This document shows positions 44,862 to 54,005 of a DNA stretch of 64,000 nucleotides, in pieces. Origin of the DNA: Bdellovibrionales bacterium (GTDB taxonomy: Bacteria > Bdellovibrionota > Bdellovibrionia > Bdellovibrionales > UBA1609); NCBI GenBank assembly GCA_027459485.1, contig DAIDIG010000012.1:714-64713 (forward strand), read 5' to 3'. Below the pieces are notes generated by a model. It saw only the letters and a list, made by a program, of their open reading frames with translations, had not been told where the DNA came from and ran no database searches. Each line of letters begins with the position of its first letter. The first letter of the stretch is position 1. Made by a program: the position numbers and the translations under genes.

Positions 44862-45786
44862 CGCCTTCGACCTTCTTCGTCAGTTTATCAACGAAGTCGT
44901 CGTAGGTTTGGTCGACGGCATCGTCGACCACGTGGCCGCGCTTTTTTACTGTCGCGGCGGCGGGAGCAGTGTGAGCATTTGATTCACTTGAGTCTGCATC
45001 GGCTACCGCACGTCGCGCGGGCGCCGGCGCGGACTTCATGCGAATCCGGAACTGAATAATGCCGTTCGTTCGGTCCATCCATCCCGCTTCTGCAACGTCT
45101 TTCACGCTGACTTTGCCATATACGTTGACGCCTTCGTTAACGATACCTTGTTGAACTTTATCAGAGACAAGGTCAAGTCGCGCGTCGGCGATATTTCGAG
45201 ACGGACCGACATTGGACCGCCCAGAAGGGATGACCGAATTCACGTAGACATTGGCGTCTTTGAGGCCTTGCATAATCCCCTTAATGGGCTCCATGATCGC
45301 AACGAAATCGCGCGCGGGGTTGGCCGAGTTTCGCACAAACAAGTCAGTCGCGGGGATGTCAAAACGCACTTCATCGTCGGTGATTTTCACGTTTTCCGCG
45401 TACGCGCCGACTTTATCTTCGAGAAACCGCATTTCAATTTTCTTCATGCCCATATCGAGCACATTTGGCTGGTGATCGGCGGGAGTGATAAAATCCTGCA
45501 GGGCTTTTAAGGGTTCGTTGATCAAATCTAAAAATAGCTTTTCTAGCGTGAGTTCCACGCCATAGTTTTGAAAGTTGTATTCTATAATAGAGGGAGTTGA
45601 GAAATACTCCGACACGTTCTTCTTCACGGTCGGCGTCTGGTTCACAAGCCACATCACGAGAAAAAACGCCATCATCGAAGTCATGAAGTCGGCGAAAGCG
45701 ACCTTCCAAGACCCGCCATGACCGCCGGCCGGGGCCACGGTGATCTTTTTAATGACGATTGTAGTCTTTTTCTCGTTAGCTGCCAT
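44845..45786 (-). CDS. motB: Flagellar motor stator protein MotB
   Basis: N-terminus GGHGGSWKVAFADFMTSMMAFFLVMWLV closely matches the MotB TM/plug region with the conserved Asp. The C-terminal peptidoglycan-binding region is divergent. Confidence 0.8.
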   Translation of the reverse strand: MAANEKKTTIVIKKITVAPAGGHGGSWKVAFADFMTSMMAFFLVMWLVNQTPTVKKNVSEYFSTPSIIEYNFQNYGVELTLEKLFLDLINEPLKALQDFITPADHQPNVLDMGMKKIEMRFLEDKVGAYAENVKITDDEVRFDIPATDLFVRNSANPARDFVAIMEPIKGIMQGLKDANVYVNSVIPSGRSNVGPSRNIADARLDLVSDKVQQGIVNEGVNVYGKVSVKDVAEAGWMDRTNGIIQFRIRMKSAPAPARRAVADADSSESNAHTAPAAATVKKRGHVVDDAVDQTYDDFVDKLTKKVEGVDTTR

Positions 45787-46646
45787 TAAGCGGCCTTTTT
45801 CAATTCTTTAGTCGCCGTATCCATTTCTTCAAACGACGGGCGAACCGCCGGGTAAATCGAACGACGCGCGAACTCCACGCACACAAGCGGAGGAGCCCCC
45901 CGCTGCAAAGCCACCATGGCGGCCTTGATCACGGCCAAGTAACGGCCCTGATCGTCGATATCCGAACCGATTTTGCCGGCGGTCGGCCCCAAAAACCCGT
46001 AACACAGAAGAACGCCCAAGAACGTTCCGACGAGAGCGGCGCCGACCATTTCACCGATTTTTTCAACCCCCGCTGTCAAATAGCTCATTGTGTGCACGAC
46101 CCCCAAGACGGCGGCCACGATGCCCAGACCCGGCAAACTGTCGGCGACGTTTTGAATCGCGTGTTGAACTTTGTGCTCTTCTTCGTGCATGACTTTTATA
46201 TCAGTATCAAGAAGGTCATCCACATCGTATTGCGAGAGATCCGCCGACAACGTGATCTTCATCGTGTCGCAGAGAAATTCGACGGCGTGGTGATTTTTCA
46301 AGAAGTTCGGATACGCTTTGAAAATCTCCGAAGCTTCAGGTTCTTCGATATGCTTTTCAACCGCTTGCGGGCCGTCTTTTCTAAAAATCTGAAACAGCTG
46401 AAACATCATCTGCAGAAGTTCGAGATAGGCCTTTTTATCAGGCCCCTTACCGAGCATGGCCGCAATACTCATCTTGAAGGATGAAGTGATTGTCCCCATC
46501 GAGTTGGCGATGATAAACCCGCCAAGCGCCGCCCCGCCGATGATCATCACCTCGAAGGGCTGAATAATAACGTGCAGTAGACCGCCTTCAAGCAGGTAAC
46601 CACCGAACACGCAAAACGTCACAATTATGGCACCGACAAAGCCCAT
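45786..46646 (-). CDS. motA: Flagellar motor stator protein MotA
   Basis: 286 aa. DSLPGLGIVAAVLGVVHTM, ALVGTFLGVLLCYGFLGP, VEFARRSIYPAVRPSFEE are canonical MotA. Confidence 0.9.
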   Translation of the reverse strand: MGFVGAIIVTFCVFGGYLLEGGLLHVIIQPFEVMIIGGAALGGFIIANSMGTITSSFKMSIAAMLGKGPDKKAYLELLQMMFQLFQIFRKDGPQAVEKHIEEPEASEIFKAYPNFLKNHHAVEFLCDTMKITLSADLSQYDVDDLLDTDIKVMHEEEHKVQHAIQNVADSLPGLGIVAAVLGVVHTMSYLTAGVEKIGEMVGAALVGTFLGVLLCYGFLGPTAGKIGSDIDDQGRYLAVIKAAMVALQRGAPPLVCVEFARRSIYPAVRPSFEEMDTATKELKKAA

Positions 46647-46705
46647 ACAACACCTCCGCGCGCCCGCACAGTATCGCTACCGCTGCCTCGCGCTCTTCAT
46701 TGTTT

Positions 46706-46713
46706 TTATCGGC
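46706..46713 (-). promoter_or_regulatory. Candidate sigma-28 (FliA) -10 element upstream of motA
   Basis: Exact GCCGATAA on the minus strand (plus-strand TTATCGGC at 46706-46713), about 60 nt upstream of the motA ATG. I found no convincing TAAA -35 at the expected spacing. Confidence 0.35.
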
Positions 46714-46740
46714 AACATGATTTGCTGGATGTAGCGAAAT

Positions 46741-47571
46741 TTGCTACTTAATTCGATCATGCCTGCGCATCTAGACTCGACCTCGGTCGACCATCGCCCC
46801 GTGATTTTTATTCGCGGCTTTAACAGTTACCCATCGGACGAACTGCAGTTCGGCCCCATCAACCTTGGTCTCGTCCATCGGCACTTGCAGCCCGAATTTG
46901 AAGCGCGCGGTTTTCATTTTATTCCTCTTTACAAAATGGGCTTTGGTCCAATCGAAAGACAAATCGAACGAGCGCGCGACCAAGTCCTGGCCCTTAGGCT
47001 AAATCCTGAACTTCATTTGCTGGGCCATTCGACCGGCGGAGTGATTGCGCGCGGGCTCGCTCACGCTCTCAAATCAACGCGCCGAATATTGAGCGTGACC
47101 ACCATCGTTTCACCTCATCGAGGGTCAACCCTTGCCAATCGTGCGGCTGAATTCGAGCGGGCTCATCCGCTTTGGTACAAATTATGGAAGGCCGCCGGCT
47201 ATGATGTGAAACTCCGCGTGCCGCTTCTTGAGCCGCTCAAGTCGAAATCGATGGCGCAATTCAATGAACAGTACCCCGATTTGCCGGGAGTGAGTTATTC
47301 TTCAATCGTGTCCGGTGCCCCTTTGAAGTCGCTGCCTTTATTCATGCGAATGATCGGGCAATTTGCTGATGATACTTCGGCCGAATCAGACGGAATTGTC
47401 GAAAAATCGTCACAGCCTTGGGGCGACGTACTGGGTGAATTCAGCGCGGATCATAATGCGATCATCGGCTTTCGCACGATGGCATCGCCCATCGCATACC
47501 GTCGGGCACGCGCCGAATTTACCGAAGCCGTTCGACGGATTCACCAATTCTACGCGAAGGTTGAAATATGA
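46741..47571 (+). CDS. Alpha/beta hydrolase, lipase/esterase-like
   Basis: 276 aa. Nucleophile elbow GHSTGG, oxyanion-like VIFIRGF. No obvious signal peptide. The stop overlaps the dsbD start (ATGA). The true start may be the ATG at 46759. Confidence 0.7.
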   Translation: MLLNSIMPAHLDSTSVDHRPVIFIRGFNSYPSDELQFGPINLGLVHRHLQPEFEARGFHFIPLYKMGFGPIERQIERARDQVLALRLNPELHLLGHSTGGVIARGLAHALKSTRRILSVTTIVSPHRGSTLANRAAEFERAHPLWYKLWKAAGYDVKLRVPLLEPLKSKSMAQFNEQYPDLPGVSYSSIVSGAPLKSLPLFMRMIGQFADDTSAESDGIVEKSSQPWGDVLGEFSADHNAIIGFRTMASPIAYRRARAEFTEAVRRIHQFYAKVEI

Positions 47572-49208
47572 AGCGACTGTTCACGCTGACTTTTTTTATA
47601 GCGATGTTGGGGCCCGCGCTTCTTCTTCCAAACCTGTCGTTTGCGGACGAGCCCGCGACTGACGTCTCGCCTCTGCACGTCGACAAAGTCGCGTTTACGC
47701 CTGAAGAGCCAAAGCCGGGCACTCCCGTTGAAATGAAAATCGATTTTCATGTCGACTCGGGTTACCACGCTTATATCAACCAGTTTCATTTGAAAGTGGA
47801 TCAACCGAAGGGTTTGCAAGTCAGTCAGTTCGATGTCGAACCGACCGTCGAATTTGTCGACCCGCTGTCACACAAAATGCGAATGGGCACCGAACATCGC
47901 GCGCAAATTGTCGATGTGTTCAATGTGCCGGAGTCTGCTCCGGCGGGTGATTTACCGTTGCAATTACAGCTCACGTACCAAGCGTGCGGGGTGAAGTTCT
48001 GTCTATTCCCGAAGACGATACCGGTGCATGCCGACTTGGTGGTGGCGGGTGAACCAAATACTTTTACGCGAGCCTTGGCCAAAGGCTCGCTCTACGCTTT
48101 GCTGGTGGTTTTCATCGCTGGTGTGTTGACGAGTTTAACTCCTTGCATATTCCCGATGATCCCGATCACCGTGGCGATTTTGGGCACGCAAGATCATCGT
48201 CACGGCCGCGGCTTTTTGATCAGCAGTTCGTACGTTCTCGGCATCGCCACCACGTATTCCATTTTAGGAGTCATCGCAGCCAAAACCGGTGCCATGTTTG
48301 GCTCGCTTCTCGGTAACCCCCTCGTGGTCGGCGTGATCGCGCTGGTTTTCGTTCTGATGGGTCTCAGCATGTTCGGCCTTTTTGAAATTCAAATACCGCA
48401 CGCTCTTGCACAGCGGCTATCGTCGTCGAATCAGCGCAAAGGCATTTTCCCGGCATTTGCGTCCGGTCTCGCTGCGGGAGTTGTCGCTAGCCCCTGCGTC
48501 GGCCCCGTTCTCATCAGTGTGCTGGCCTACGTGGCGCAAAAACAAAGCCCCGTTATGGGTTTTGTTTATCTGTTCACATTTGCGCTCGGTTTCGGACAAT
48601 TATTTTTACTGATCGGCACTTCGCAGGCGCTTTGGCAGAAACTGCCGCGGTCGGGCCCGTGGATGTCAAAAGTAAAAATTGTTTTTGGCGCGATCATGAT
48701 CGCGATGGCATATTATTACGTGCGACCGGTTTTGCCGGCATCTTGGATGTCGTTCGGGCGGCCGTCTGTGTCGTCAAACGTTTCTTCGAATAGCCCGGCG
48801 GCCCCAGCGAATAGGGCGGCCCCAGCCGATACGTCAGGTACGGCGGCCCCCGCTACCGGGCCGGCATGGCAGAATTACTCTGATAAAGTTTTGGCGACTG
48901 CGGAGCGCAACCATAAACCCGCCATCATTGATTTCAGCGCTCAGTGGTGCTTGGCATGCGCTGAACTCGACAAATACACCTACAGTGATGAGAAGGTCAT
49001 GCAGCTTGGCCACTCGTTTGTGTGGATTCGATTCGATGCCACCTCACCTTCTGAAGCGCTCACCCGCCTTCGCGCCAAATACGGAATCGGCGGCTTGCCA
49101 TTTGTGATTTTCATCGACGGCAAAGGTAAATGGCGCCGGGACCTCACGCTGACCGGCTACGAAAACGCGACGGCTTTTCTCGCGCGGATGAACTCAGCCC
49201 TCAATTGA
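47568..49208 (+). CDS. dsbD: Thiol:disulfide interchange protein DsbD
   Basis: 546 aa. Signal peptide, DsbD-alpha Cys pair (YQACGVKFCLFP), CcdA-like core with CIFPMIP and SPCVGP, C-terminal thioredoxin WCLAC. Confidence 0.9.
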   Translation: MKRLFTLTFFIAMLGPALLLPNLSFADEPATDVSPLHVDKVAFTPEEPKPGTPVEMKIDFHVDSGYHAYINQFHLKVDQPKGLQVSQFDVEPTVEFVDPLSHKMRMGTEHRAQIVDVFNVPESAPAGDLPLQLQLTYQACGVKFCLFPKTIPVHADLVVAGEPNTFTRALAKGSLYALLVVFIAGVLTSLTPCIFPMIPITVAILGTQDHRHGRGFLISSSYVLGIATTYSILGVIAAKTGAMFGSLLGNPLVVGVIALVFVLMGLSMFGLFEIQIPHALAQRLSSSNQRKGIFPAFASGLAAGVVASPCVGPVLISVLAYVAQKQSPVMGFVYLFTFALGFGQLFLLIGTSQALWQKLPRSGPWMSKVKIVFGAIMIAMAYYYVRPVLPASWMSFGRPSVSSNVSSNSPAAPANRAAPADTSGTAAPATGPAWQNYSDKVLATAERNHKPAIIDFSAQWCLACAELDKYTYSDEKVMQLGHSFVWIRFDATSPSEALTRLRAKYGIGGLPFVIFIDGKGKWRRDLTLTGYENATAFLARMNSALN

Positions 49209-49245
49209 TGGGCCGATTGATACCTGTCACTCAGCGATAGCCTTC

Positions 49246-49695
49246 TTACGAACGCTTTAGATTTCGAATTTCGCGCAAGACTTCTTCGTAGGTCGACTGA
49301 TAGGTCATCAGTTTAAGCTCTTGTTCTGTCGCGACCTTTTGGATGTGGTTGATGCGACTTTCAAAGCTATTGACGAGCTGATTGTGCCGATCAAAAAGCT
49401 CTTGCGTTTTGGCGTCGGCCACGCGCCGTTCACTCAACCGCGTGTGCATGGCTGCGTTTTGCTTGGCAGTGGACTCCGCCAACTGCTTAATTTGTTCGCC
49501 CAGCATCTTTTGGCCTGCGTTCAGGTGCTGAATCTTTTGCTCCATAATTTGAGCCCAGCGATCCATCTTTTGGCTGACGGCCTCGACTTGCGCTTCAATT
49601 TCGCGCAGCTGCTTATTTTGAATCGTGGCGCCTTCAACCTTAACAAGTGGCGTATCCACTTGGCCGAACAGTTGGGGATTGAGCGATCGTGACAT
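49246..49695 (-). CDS. Hypothetical coiled-coil protein
   Basis: 149-aa ORF with heptad-rich, charged helical sequence. No recognised domain. Confidence 0.5.
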   Translation of the reverse strand: MSRSLNPQLFGQVDTPLVKVEGATIQNKQLREIEAQVEAVSQKMDRWAQIMEQKIQHLNAGQKMLGEQIKQLAESTAKQNAAMHTRLSERRVADAKTQELFDRHNQLVNSFESRINHIQKVATEQELKLMTYQSTYEEVLREIRNLKRS

Positions 49696-49755
49696 ATCTT
49701 CTATTCTGACATTTTTTTCTGGACTGTAAACAGAAAATCTCCATATCGTGAATGC

Positions 49756-50568
49756 ATGATTACAGTTGAGGAACTCGGTCGACAGCTTCAGTTACTTGAA
49801 CCGCAGAAAAATCCCGCCCGTCTTGCGTTCTACAACTTTGTTAGAAACTTTTTGCCGGGCTCTACGCCGTTCACGCAAGAGATGCTCGATGCATTCTATG
49901 ACCGCGCGCTGATTTTAAACCATTGGCAAACCAATAAAAAAGCGCTCGGTGAGACCTTGCGAGACGATCTGGCGAAAATTTCAGCGCAGCGGTCGTTTGC
50001 ATTTTCGCTCGATCAAGTTTTACATTCATGCGACATTCAGGCCATAACCTTCGAGCGCTTGAGCGACTTTCAAGCATTACTGGATAAAGGCTCAAAGCGC
50101 CTCGAAAGCTCAGGCGAAAAGGTGCGATTGTTTGAGTTGCGCCAGGGGCACACGCACACTCCCCACGAGGTGCTGTCGGTGCGTTTGACGAAGACCGGGG
50201 CCGTTATTGTTGAAATTTATCCAAATGTCGCGATGATCGTCGACGGTGAACTGCAACTCGTTCGCCCACACTCGCGACTCACTTACACTTTGGAACTTGA
50301 CTTCAACCCCCAAGTCGACCAAATTTTGGCCACTTCGCTGATGCGGGTGGCTCGTTTTCGCGGCACCGGACATAAAATAACCGGGCAGTTTATTCAAGGC
50401 GTGCACTTTGCCTCGAGCGAATCGTTTGATAAGCCGTTGAACGAGATTGCAGAAGTCAACCAAGCCGTTAAACGCATCGAGCGATTTTATGTGAACCCGG
50501 TGTCTGATCCGTATTACCAGGATCTTTATGAAAAAGTCGTCCGACAATCTGAACCTAATTCGCCTTAA
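49756..50568 (+). CDS. Hypothetical protein
   Basis: 270-aa ORF with coding-like composition. The antisense ORF 50110-50688 is Arg-rich junk. No recognised domain. Confidence 0.55.
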   Translation: MITVEELGRQLQLLEPQKNPARLAFYNFVRNFLPGSTPFTQEMLDAFYDRALILNHWQTNKKALGETLRDDLAKISAQRSFAFSLDQVLHSCDIQAITFERLSDFQALLDKGSKRLESSGEKVRLFELRQGHTHTPHEVLSVRLTKTGAVIVEIYPNVAMIVDGELQLVRPHSRLTYTLELDFNPQVDQILATSLMRVARFRGTGHKITGQFIQGVHFASSESFDKPLNEIAEVNQAVKRIERFYVNPVSDPYYQDLYEKVVRQSEPNSP

Positions 50569-51328
50569 CAAATTTATCGCGATGTCCGGCGTTGCCAGTC
50601 GCCGACATGCCGACGAGTTGATCCGCGAAGGCGCGGTTCGCGTGAACGGCAAAACCATCACCGATCTCGGCACGCGGGTGCACCCCAATAGCGATCAAGT
50701 GGTTGTGAACAATAAGCCGATTCGGGCCGAGCAAGAGCACGTGTATGTCGCTTTCAATAAACCGCTGCAAGTGGTTTCGACGATGAATGATCCGCACGGG
50801 CGCCCGAGTCTAGCCGATTTTTTTGCCAAAGCTCGTACGCGGGTTTTCCCCGTCGGTCGGTTGGATTGGGATTCTGAAGGGCTTATTCTTCTCACAAATG
50901 ACGGTGAATTCGCGCAGAGGGTTTCGCACCCAAAACATGGCGTCGCGAAAACTTACTTGGCGAAATTGAGCGGGCTGCCGACCGACGAGCAGTTACAGAA
51001 ACTCGTTCGCGGTGTATCGATTTTCGGCGGCAAAGCGAAGGCTCTGCACGTTGAACGACTAAGCGGTAAAGATTCGGGTCGCTCCGCGGGTCGAAAGAAG
51101 AGCAGCGGCAAATACGGTTGGGTGAAAATCATAATCAATGAAGGTCGCAACCGCCAGGTGCGCCAAATGTTTCAAAAGATCGGTTTTGACGTGAGAAAAC
51201 TTCAGCGCGTGGCCATCGGCTCGCTACGTATCGGATCCCTAGAACGCGGGAGATTTCGCATCTTAACCTCTGAAGAACTCGCTCGCGTTTTTCGACTGCC
51301 GAAAGAACTCACCCACCGCAAGGGCTAG
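50528..51328 (+). CDS. RsuA/RluB-family rRNA pseudouridine synthase with S4 domain
   Basis: S4 domain (RLNKFIAMSGVASRRHADELIREGAVRVNG), catalytic PVGRLDWDSEGLILLTNDGEF, and KTYLAKL and GRNRQVR motifs. Confidence 0.9.
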   Translation: MKKSSDNLNLIRLNKFIAMSGVASRRHADELIREGAVRVNGKTITDLGTRVHPNSDQVVVNNKPIRAEQEHVYVAFNKPLQVVSTMNDPHGRPSLADFFAKARTRVFPVGRLDWDSEGLILLTNDGEFAQRVSHPKHGVAKTYLAKLSGLPTDEQLQKLVRGVSIFGGKAKALHVERLSGKDSGRSAGRKKSSGKYGWVKIIINEGRNRQVRQMFQKIGFDVRKLQRVAIGSLRIGSLERGRFRILTSEELARVFRLPKELTHRKG

Positions 51329-51343
51329 AATTCATCTCCGGCG

Positions 51344-52207
51344 CTACGGCACGCGGGCCGTGGCTTGCATGAACGAATCAAAGGTGATGGCGTTTTGATT
51401 TTTTCTGACGTCGTGAAATTCACGCTTCATCGCCTCAACCAAAGTGGCGTCGACGTGACCGTCTTGCAACAATTCGTCAACCGCGCTCATCATAAGCTCT
51501 TCACGATCGTGCAGAAGCTTCTCGCGCAATTCGGGTTCGCGCTTGTCGGCGTACAACAGCTTCACGTGCGTGCGCACGTCCGTGTAGCCGGCGTCGCGCA
51601 AAAGATTGCCGAGCTTCACTCCCACAAACGGGTCGCCGCCGCGGTCGTACTGATAATCGTTGTAGGCCATCCAAAACTTCCAAATCGCCGGGCAGTACGG
51701 GTCTAAAAAATACGAAAAATTCATGACTTCGGTAATGAACACGCTCGAGCCGGGCCGCAGCACGCGCCGGACTTCGCTGAGCACACGAGCCGGGTTCGGC
51801 ATATGCTCCATCACCCAACAGATAAACGCGCCACCAAACGAATTCTCGGGGAATGTCATCTTCTCGGCATTCATCTTGTGTATTTCAAAGCGGTCGCGAG
51901 CGTAATCAAGAGCGCCCAAAGTCTCGCGAGCCGACGCCAACTGCTCGTCATTAATGTCGATGCATGAAGCTTTAAGCCGCGGAAATCGCCGCAACAATAT
52001 CTGCGTTTGCGCGCCGACGCCGCAACCGACTTCGAGAATATGATCGGTCTGCGAGAAATTCACATCTTGGTAAATCACAAATTCAGTCAGTTCGGCCTGA
52101 CGGCGCAGTCGGTCCTGTTCAATCGGCGAATAACCATGAATATATTTTTGATCGCGGTGCCCCGATGTCACTCGTTGTCTCCGTTGGGGTGGAGCGACTT
52201 TTGCCAT
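51344..52207 (-). CDS. Class I SAM-dependent methyltransferase
   Basis: 287 aa. Motif I ILEVGCGVGAQT, post-I CIDIN, typical Rossmann spacing. Confidence 0.85.
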   Translation of the reverse strand: MAKVAPPQRRQRVTSGHRDQKYIHGYSPIEQDRLRRQAELTEFVIYQDVNFSQTDHILEVGCGVGAQTQILLRRFPRLKASCIDINDEQLASARETLGALDYARDRFEIHKMNAEKMTFPENSFGGAFICWVMEHMPNPARVLSEVRRVLRPGSSVFITEVMNFSYFLDPYCPAIWKFWMAYNDYQYDRGGDPFVGVKLGNLLRDAGYTDVRTHVKLLYADKREPELREKLLHDREELMMSAVDELLQDGHVDATLVEAMKREFHDVRKNQNAITFDSFMQATARVP

Positions 52208-52920
52208 GCATTGTAGCGTTGGGTGTAATCGCGAAATTGTTCCATAAACTCTTGGCGTTTATCGTTCGTATCCGAATTGAAATCATCGGTTTTTTGGCGC
52301 CAGGCGGTATCGAATTCGTCACGCTTTTCGCGCTCATCGTCGTTAAATGATTGGCGCTTATCCTCTTGATCTGAAAAGAACTGTTCTCGCTCGTCGGACG
52401 TGTGATGATCTTTCAAATATTTCTTGCGCTCGCTCTTTAATTTTCTCTCAAATTCTTTTCGTTCTTTTTCTTCTTGCTTGTCGAATTCTTCGCGTGCCTT
52501 TTCTTTCTCTTCATTGAACTGGTCACGTTCGTGCTCGAACATGCGCTCGTATCGCTCTTGAATCGTTTCGGGCGGCAGGCGGACTTCGCCAAAAAACTTC
52601 AAAATGCCCTGCAAATCGTCGTTTCGCCTTCGCCTGTCTTCGGGGATCGACTTTCTTAGCTTTTCAATTTCAGCGCGATCGGCCTTGAGCGATACATCGG
52701 CATCATCCATCGCGCTCGCGTCGGCGGCATCATAACTGGGCGCACCGCTCACAGCGGAGCTGCCCATAGCGGCACCTGGCGCAACAGCGCTTTGTTCTTT
52801 GGCCTGTTGTCGGGTGACAAGGCCACAGCCGCCCAAACCTACAGCTAGAACAACGATGCCGGCGACTAACCCAAATTCGCGCGGGCAAAATTTGCCGACT
52901 GACGTTTGATGAGACTTCAT
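52168..52920 (-). CDS. Highly charged lipoprotein with degenerate [KR]-x-[EDQ]-F repeats
   Basis: Lipobox (LAVGLGGCG). The C-terminal half holds about 8 short repeats (AREEFDKQ, RKEFERK, REQFFSD, RQSFNDD, RDEFDTA, TDDFNSD, RQEFMEQ). The start is uncertain (track ORF begins at 52956). Confidence 0.55.
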   Translation of the reverse strand: MKSHQTSVGKFCPREFGLVAGIVVLAVGLGGCGLVTRQQAKEQSAVAPGAAMGSSAVSGAPSYDAADASAMDDADVSLKADRAEIEKLRKSIPEDRRRRNDDLQGILKFFGEVRLPPETIQERYERMFEHERDQFNEEKEKAREEFDKQEEKERKEFERKLKSERKKYLKDHHTSDEREQFFSDQEDKRQSFNDDEREKRDEFDTAWRQKTDDFNSDTNDKRQEFMEQFRDYTQRYNAWQKSLHPNGDNE

Positions 52921-52975
52921 GCCCTCAATGATAGAAGAGCTTCGTTGAAAACACAACGAGGCGCTATGATGAATT

Positions 52976-53614
52976 ATGCATTCGGAATCGCAGTATCTTC
53001 AGCCGTCAGGCTACACACGTCGCGCTTCGACCTTTACGGATCGTGAGTTTCAACTCAAATACACCCGCTACCTACTGTGGATGTCGGGGTTCATTACGCT
53101 GATATTTCTGCTGCCCCCGTTTTACTATAGCTTTGAAAATTACCATATATTTATCAATCTTGCCGATCTGAACGACCCACAGCTGACTCATTACCTGATG
53201 AGCGAGCGATTCTACTTGGCCGTCTACTTTGTCGCGGCCGCTGTCGCACAGTTTGGCTTTTGGTTTTTGTTCAGCAAGCGAATGTCGGCTAAAATCGTAG
53301 GCCCGGCGAAGCTGCTGCGAAATCACGTGCGACTTCTCAGTCGCGGCGATTTCACGCTACCCGTCTTGCGCGTGCGCGAAGATGACGAGTTCAAAGAATT
53401 GGTGAGTTCTTACAATTATCTCTACACGTTACTAAAGACTCAATATCAAAGCGAATTAGAAGACTTGAAGTCCTTGCAAAAAATCGTCACACAACCCGCG
53501 GCCCTTGCGCTTCTCAATGAAATGGTCGATGTGCGGGAGCGGCGGCTCGGCCTTACTTCTTCGAGCCCTGTTTCAAAGCCCGCGACATCTCACGATTCGC
53601 GTCACGCATCTTAA
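52976..53614 (+). CDS. Free-standing 2TM plus HAMP-like membrane protein (paralogous to the LspA C-terminal extension)
   Basis: 212 aa. REFQLKYTRY, two TM segments, then SKRMSAKIVGPAKLLRNHVRLLSRGDFTLPVLRVREDDEFKELVSSYNYL. The 3' end overlaps convergent smpB by 62 bp. Confidence 0.55.
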   Translation: MHSESQYLQPSGYTRRASTFTDREFQLKYTRYLLWMSGFITLIFLLPPFYYSFENYHIFINLADLNDPQLTHYLMSERFYLAVYFVAAAVAQFGFWFLFSKRMSAKIVGPAKLLRNHVRLLSRGDFTLPVLRVREDDEFKELVSSYNYLYTLLKTQYQSELEDLKSLQKIVTQPAALALLNEMVDVRERRLGLTSSSPVSKPATSHDSRHAS

Positions 53615-54005
53615 TCGTCGCACGCTTGTCGGCCTTCTTTTTACCTTTGACCACGGCGATTTCAACTTTAACGCGCCCATTTTTAAAATAAAACTTGAGC
53701 GGCACGCACGACATGCCCTTTTCATTTACCGCCGCGTAAATGCGATCGATCTCGTTTCTATTCAGCAATAACTTTCGAAGTCGTTCAGGGGCGTGATTGT
53801 TGTACGAGCTCGCTTTGTACGGGCTGATATGAGCCTTCTGCAGAAATATCTCGTTGCCCACGAAGCTCACGTACGAGTCTTTGAGATTCGCCCCACCCTG
53901 CCTGAGCGACTTGACCTCACTGCCCATGAGCGCGATGCCGGCCTCGTAAGTGTCGACTATGTGGTAGTCGAACCTTGCTTTTTTATTCTCTACTATAACC
54001 TTCAC
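53553..54005 (-). CDS. smpB: SsrA-binding protein
   Basis: 150 aa. NKKARFDYHI, EAGIALMGSEVKSLR, RLRKLLLNRNEI, KGKKKADKR are canonical SmpB. Confidence 0.95.
   Translation of the reverse strand: MKVIVENKKARFDYHIVDTYEAGIALMGSEVKSLRQGGANLKDSYVSFVGNEIFLQKAHISPYKASSYNNHAPERLRKLLLNRNEIDRIYAAVNEKGMSCVPLKFYFKNGRVKVEIAVVKGKKKADKRATIKMRDANREMSRALKQGSKK

Noticed and set aside
48781-48860. Threefold recurrence of GGCGGCCCC(A/C)G that could look like a short tandem or CRISPR-like repeat.
   Set aside because: It lies inside dsbD and encodes the Ala/Pro-rich linker (SPAAPANRAAPADTSGTAAPATGP) between the membrane core and the thioredoxin domain. The units are irregularly spaced and too short for CRISPR.
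53553-54005. Expectation of a tmRNA (ssrA) gene next to smpB.
   Set aside because: Both flanks of smpB are occupied by coding sequence (rsmA upstream, a convergent membrane-protein gene downstream). No non-coding stretch of the required roughly 350 nt exists anywhere in the window.
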